A DNA stretch of 64,000 nucleotides, from the NCBI GenBank assembly GCA_965153455.1, contig OZ234493.1, positions 2,356,001 through 2,420,000 on the forward strand, read 5' to 3'. Numbering within the stretch: position 1 is the first letter of the stretch; each line of letters opens with the position of its first letter. Shown piece by piece: positions 61,730 through 64,000 of this stretch. The notes below the pieces were generated by a model. It did no database searches. It was not told the origin of the DNA and saw only the letters and a list, made by a program, of their open reading frames with translations. The stretch is from Sphagnum compactum. Its lineage: Eukaryota. The position numbers and the translations under genes were made by a program.

Positions 61730-64000
61730 TTGCCAAACCAAAAATCGACAAGTTTTTAATCCTCAATACCACTTGACAAACCTAAGGGTGTGTAACGCAT
61801 TGTTAATGATGAACCATACCATCATGAAACTAGTGATGCCAACATTCATGCCAATTGTAAATGTACATGTACATAAGGTAAAAACACCACAAAATGTATG
61901 CCCAAAGTGGTTGCCACATCATACATAATTGTTAGAACCCAACACATGCATATGAATTTGTTGTACTCACTTCGAAATAGATGGATAAAAACATTATTTA
62001 TTATGTCAATGGAACTAAAGGCAAAACAACATCACCATTCTTTCAATCCAAAGGCCCCTACACAAGGGAGGACCATAGTTGATTCAAAATTGAGTGATTT
62101 GCAAAAGTGCAAAGGCATAGTATTGAATAACCCCAAGGGCGATTTGTGATGTGAGTCAATGGTGGGAGCAACCTTGTGATGTCAATCAACAATGCAAAAC
62201 ATTGGTTACATTTTTGAATAGGCCTTAATGAAACACATTACCACTTAATGAAATAACATTTCACCCTTTTAAGTTCAATACATTCCTAGGTGGAACAAGT
62301 TGAACTATTTATGTACCCACCTACATAGCTATTCCACTTACCCACTTACTTAGGTATCTAACTAGGTAGTGTGAGGTGGAAGTATGAAGGTTTCCAGGAT
62401 AACTTACCAAAGTGGCATGTTGGTAAAATTAGTTTTGGTTCATCCACAATGGAGGCATAACCAATGTTGGGCGGTTTTCACATTTTTGTGAGAACTAGTG
62501 GTTTTGGTTTTTTAATAAAGCTATAATAACTAGCCTACTTTTTTACACGTTTTTTAAAAAATAGTTTTATGAGAATCATTTGGGGCATCAATAAAATTAT
62601 TTAAAGATTTTTAGCCCGTTTTAAAGTTATTAGTTTTCACAAATGTAAGACCAATCAATTATTTTCAATGGCTCTCACAACTAGTTATTGAATTTATTAT
62701 ACTCAAACATTGAAATGTGCAATGTGGATTTAAGAACGTGCATTCAAGAGATTATCCAATTTAGCACTTTGTTTCATATTATTTGCCCAAAAATGTGGGC
62801 ATGTATTATGTAGAGGTGAGCTAAAGGGAAGCCCTTCTCACATTATTGTGTTGGTACCAACGCATTCAAGGAACATTAAAAACAATGTTAATCAGTGTGA
62901 TTCATTGAAATAAAAAAATTGAGCTTTGAGATGCACCCACATTTTGATACACTTAAAAACCAATAATATAAAAAGATTGCATACTACCTATCCCTAGAGT
63001 AGGTAGCCCTTTAATTCAAAACCTCAAAAATTGAAAATTGCCTTTGGGTTTAATACCTTGGCTGATTATCATTTTTTCATTTTTTATTTATAGGATCATT
63101 ATCAAGTTAAAATGAGAATTGAGGGGATGGGTTTCAATGTTTTTCACCAATGATGGTACTTGTTGAGTTTTTTGCAAGATACTAGCTAATACTTGACCCA
63201 AATTTGAAGCATTGTCTCATACTTGCCCAACATTAGTCATAACAATTTCCAATGGATTATGCATTGGTGGGTGCCGGGTCACATGCATAATCCGCCATGC
63301 TCCACCTAGTATAATAGGTGGAATGGGCATGTTCCATAATACAAAATTTTGATGCAACCACATATCATTTCCACTCACAATATATGAATTTTTAAAGGGG
63401 TCAATTATGTTTTCATTTATTTAATAATGGATTTACATATTGAATCATTGGCATCACAATTATTATAATTTGTAAGCCAAATTATTCGCATATTCACAAT
63501 TTTGATTTTATGTGTACATTTGTGACCAAATACATTCCACACATACATACCTTAATAACCAAAAAGGAAAGGGCTTGAAATTTAACACAATAAACAAAAA
63601 TCATGTGGGCAACATCATCACACTTAAACAACATATTGTCTGAGCAAAGTACATTTTATTGCTTACAAAGGAACCCAACAACACCACCATCAACCATAAA
63701 AAGAAAACTATTGTTATGCCCGCAATAGCCTACAAACACACAAACTTTTCCCATGGAGATGGATTAGACTTTCCATTATCCACCTCTCCAATCTTCTTCT
63801 CTAAGTATCATCTCAATTTTGCCAAGCTCCTTGTAACTTCATCTCTCAAAACATTTTTTTTTTTGCGTGGAGTCTTTGTAAACATTCCTCTATTTCCAAA
63901 CCCACAACCCAGAAATTGTTGGTCATTTTCAAATTTGCACCAAACTTTCAAGTTCCCTCCTCATATACAAAATTGCCAAACAACAACATCCCCATTCCCC

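Overview
Eukaryotic land-plant genomic DNA. The GT-AG introns, plant telomere motifs and repeat landscape suggest a bryophyte, possibly Sphagnum; this is inference, not demonstrated. The first ~23 kb holds three spliced genes, each assembled by hand into an intact frame: a plant eIF4B-like protein (+, 6 coding exons, 938 aa), an MRS2/CorA Mg2+ transporter (+, 5 exons, 472 aa) and a filament-like plant protein, FPP/DUF869 (-, 9 exons, 1277 aa). The remaining ~41 kb is AT-rich with no recognisable host gene. It contains MITE-like repeats, a decayed hAT transposase, solo-LTR-like inserts, a foldback element and several minisatellites. The two most unusual signals are (1) five tandem copies of the intron-1 splice acceptor in the eIF4B-like gene, where only the last gives an open frame, and (2) seven invariant ATCTACA-N5-TGTAGAT palindromes with seven different spacers upstream of the FPP gene. 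No CRISPR/Cas, rRNA or tRNA genes were recognised.
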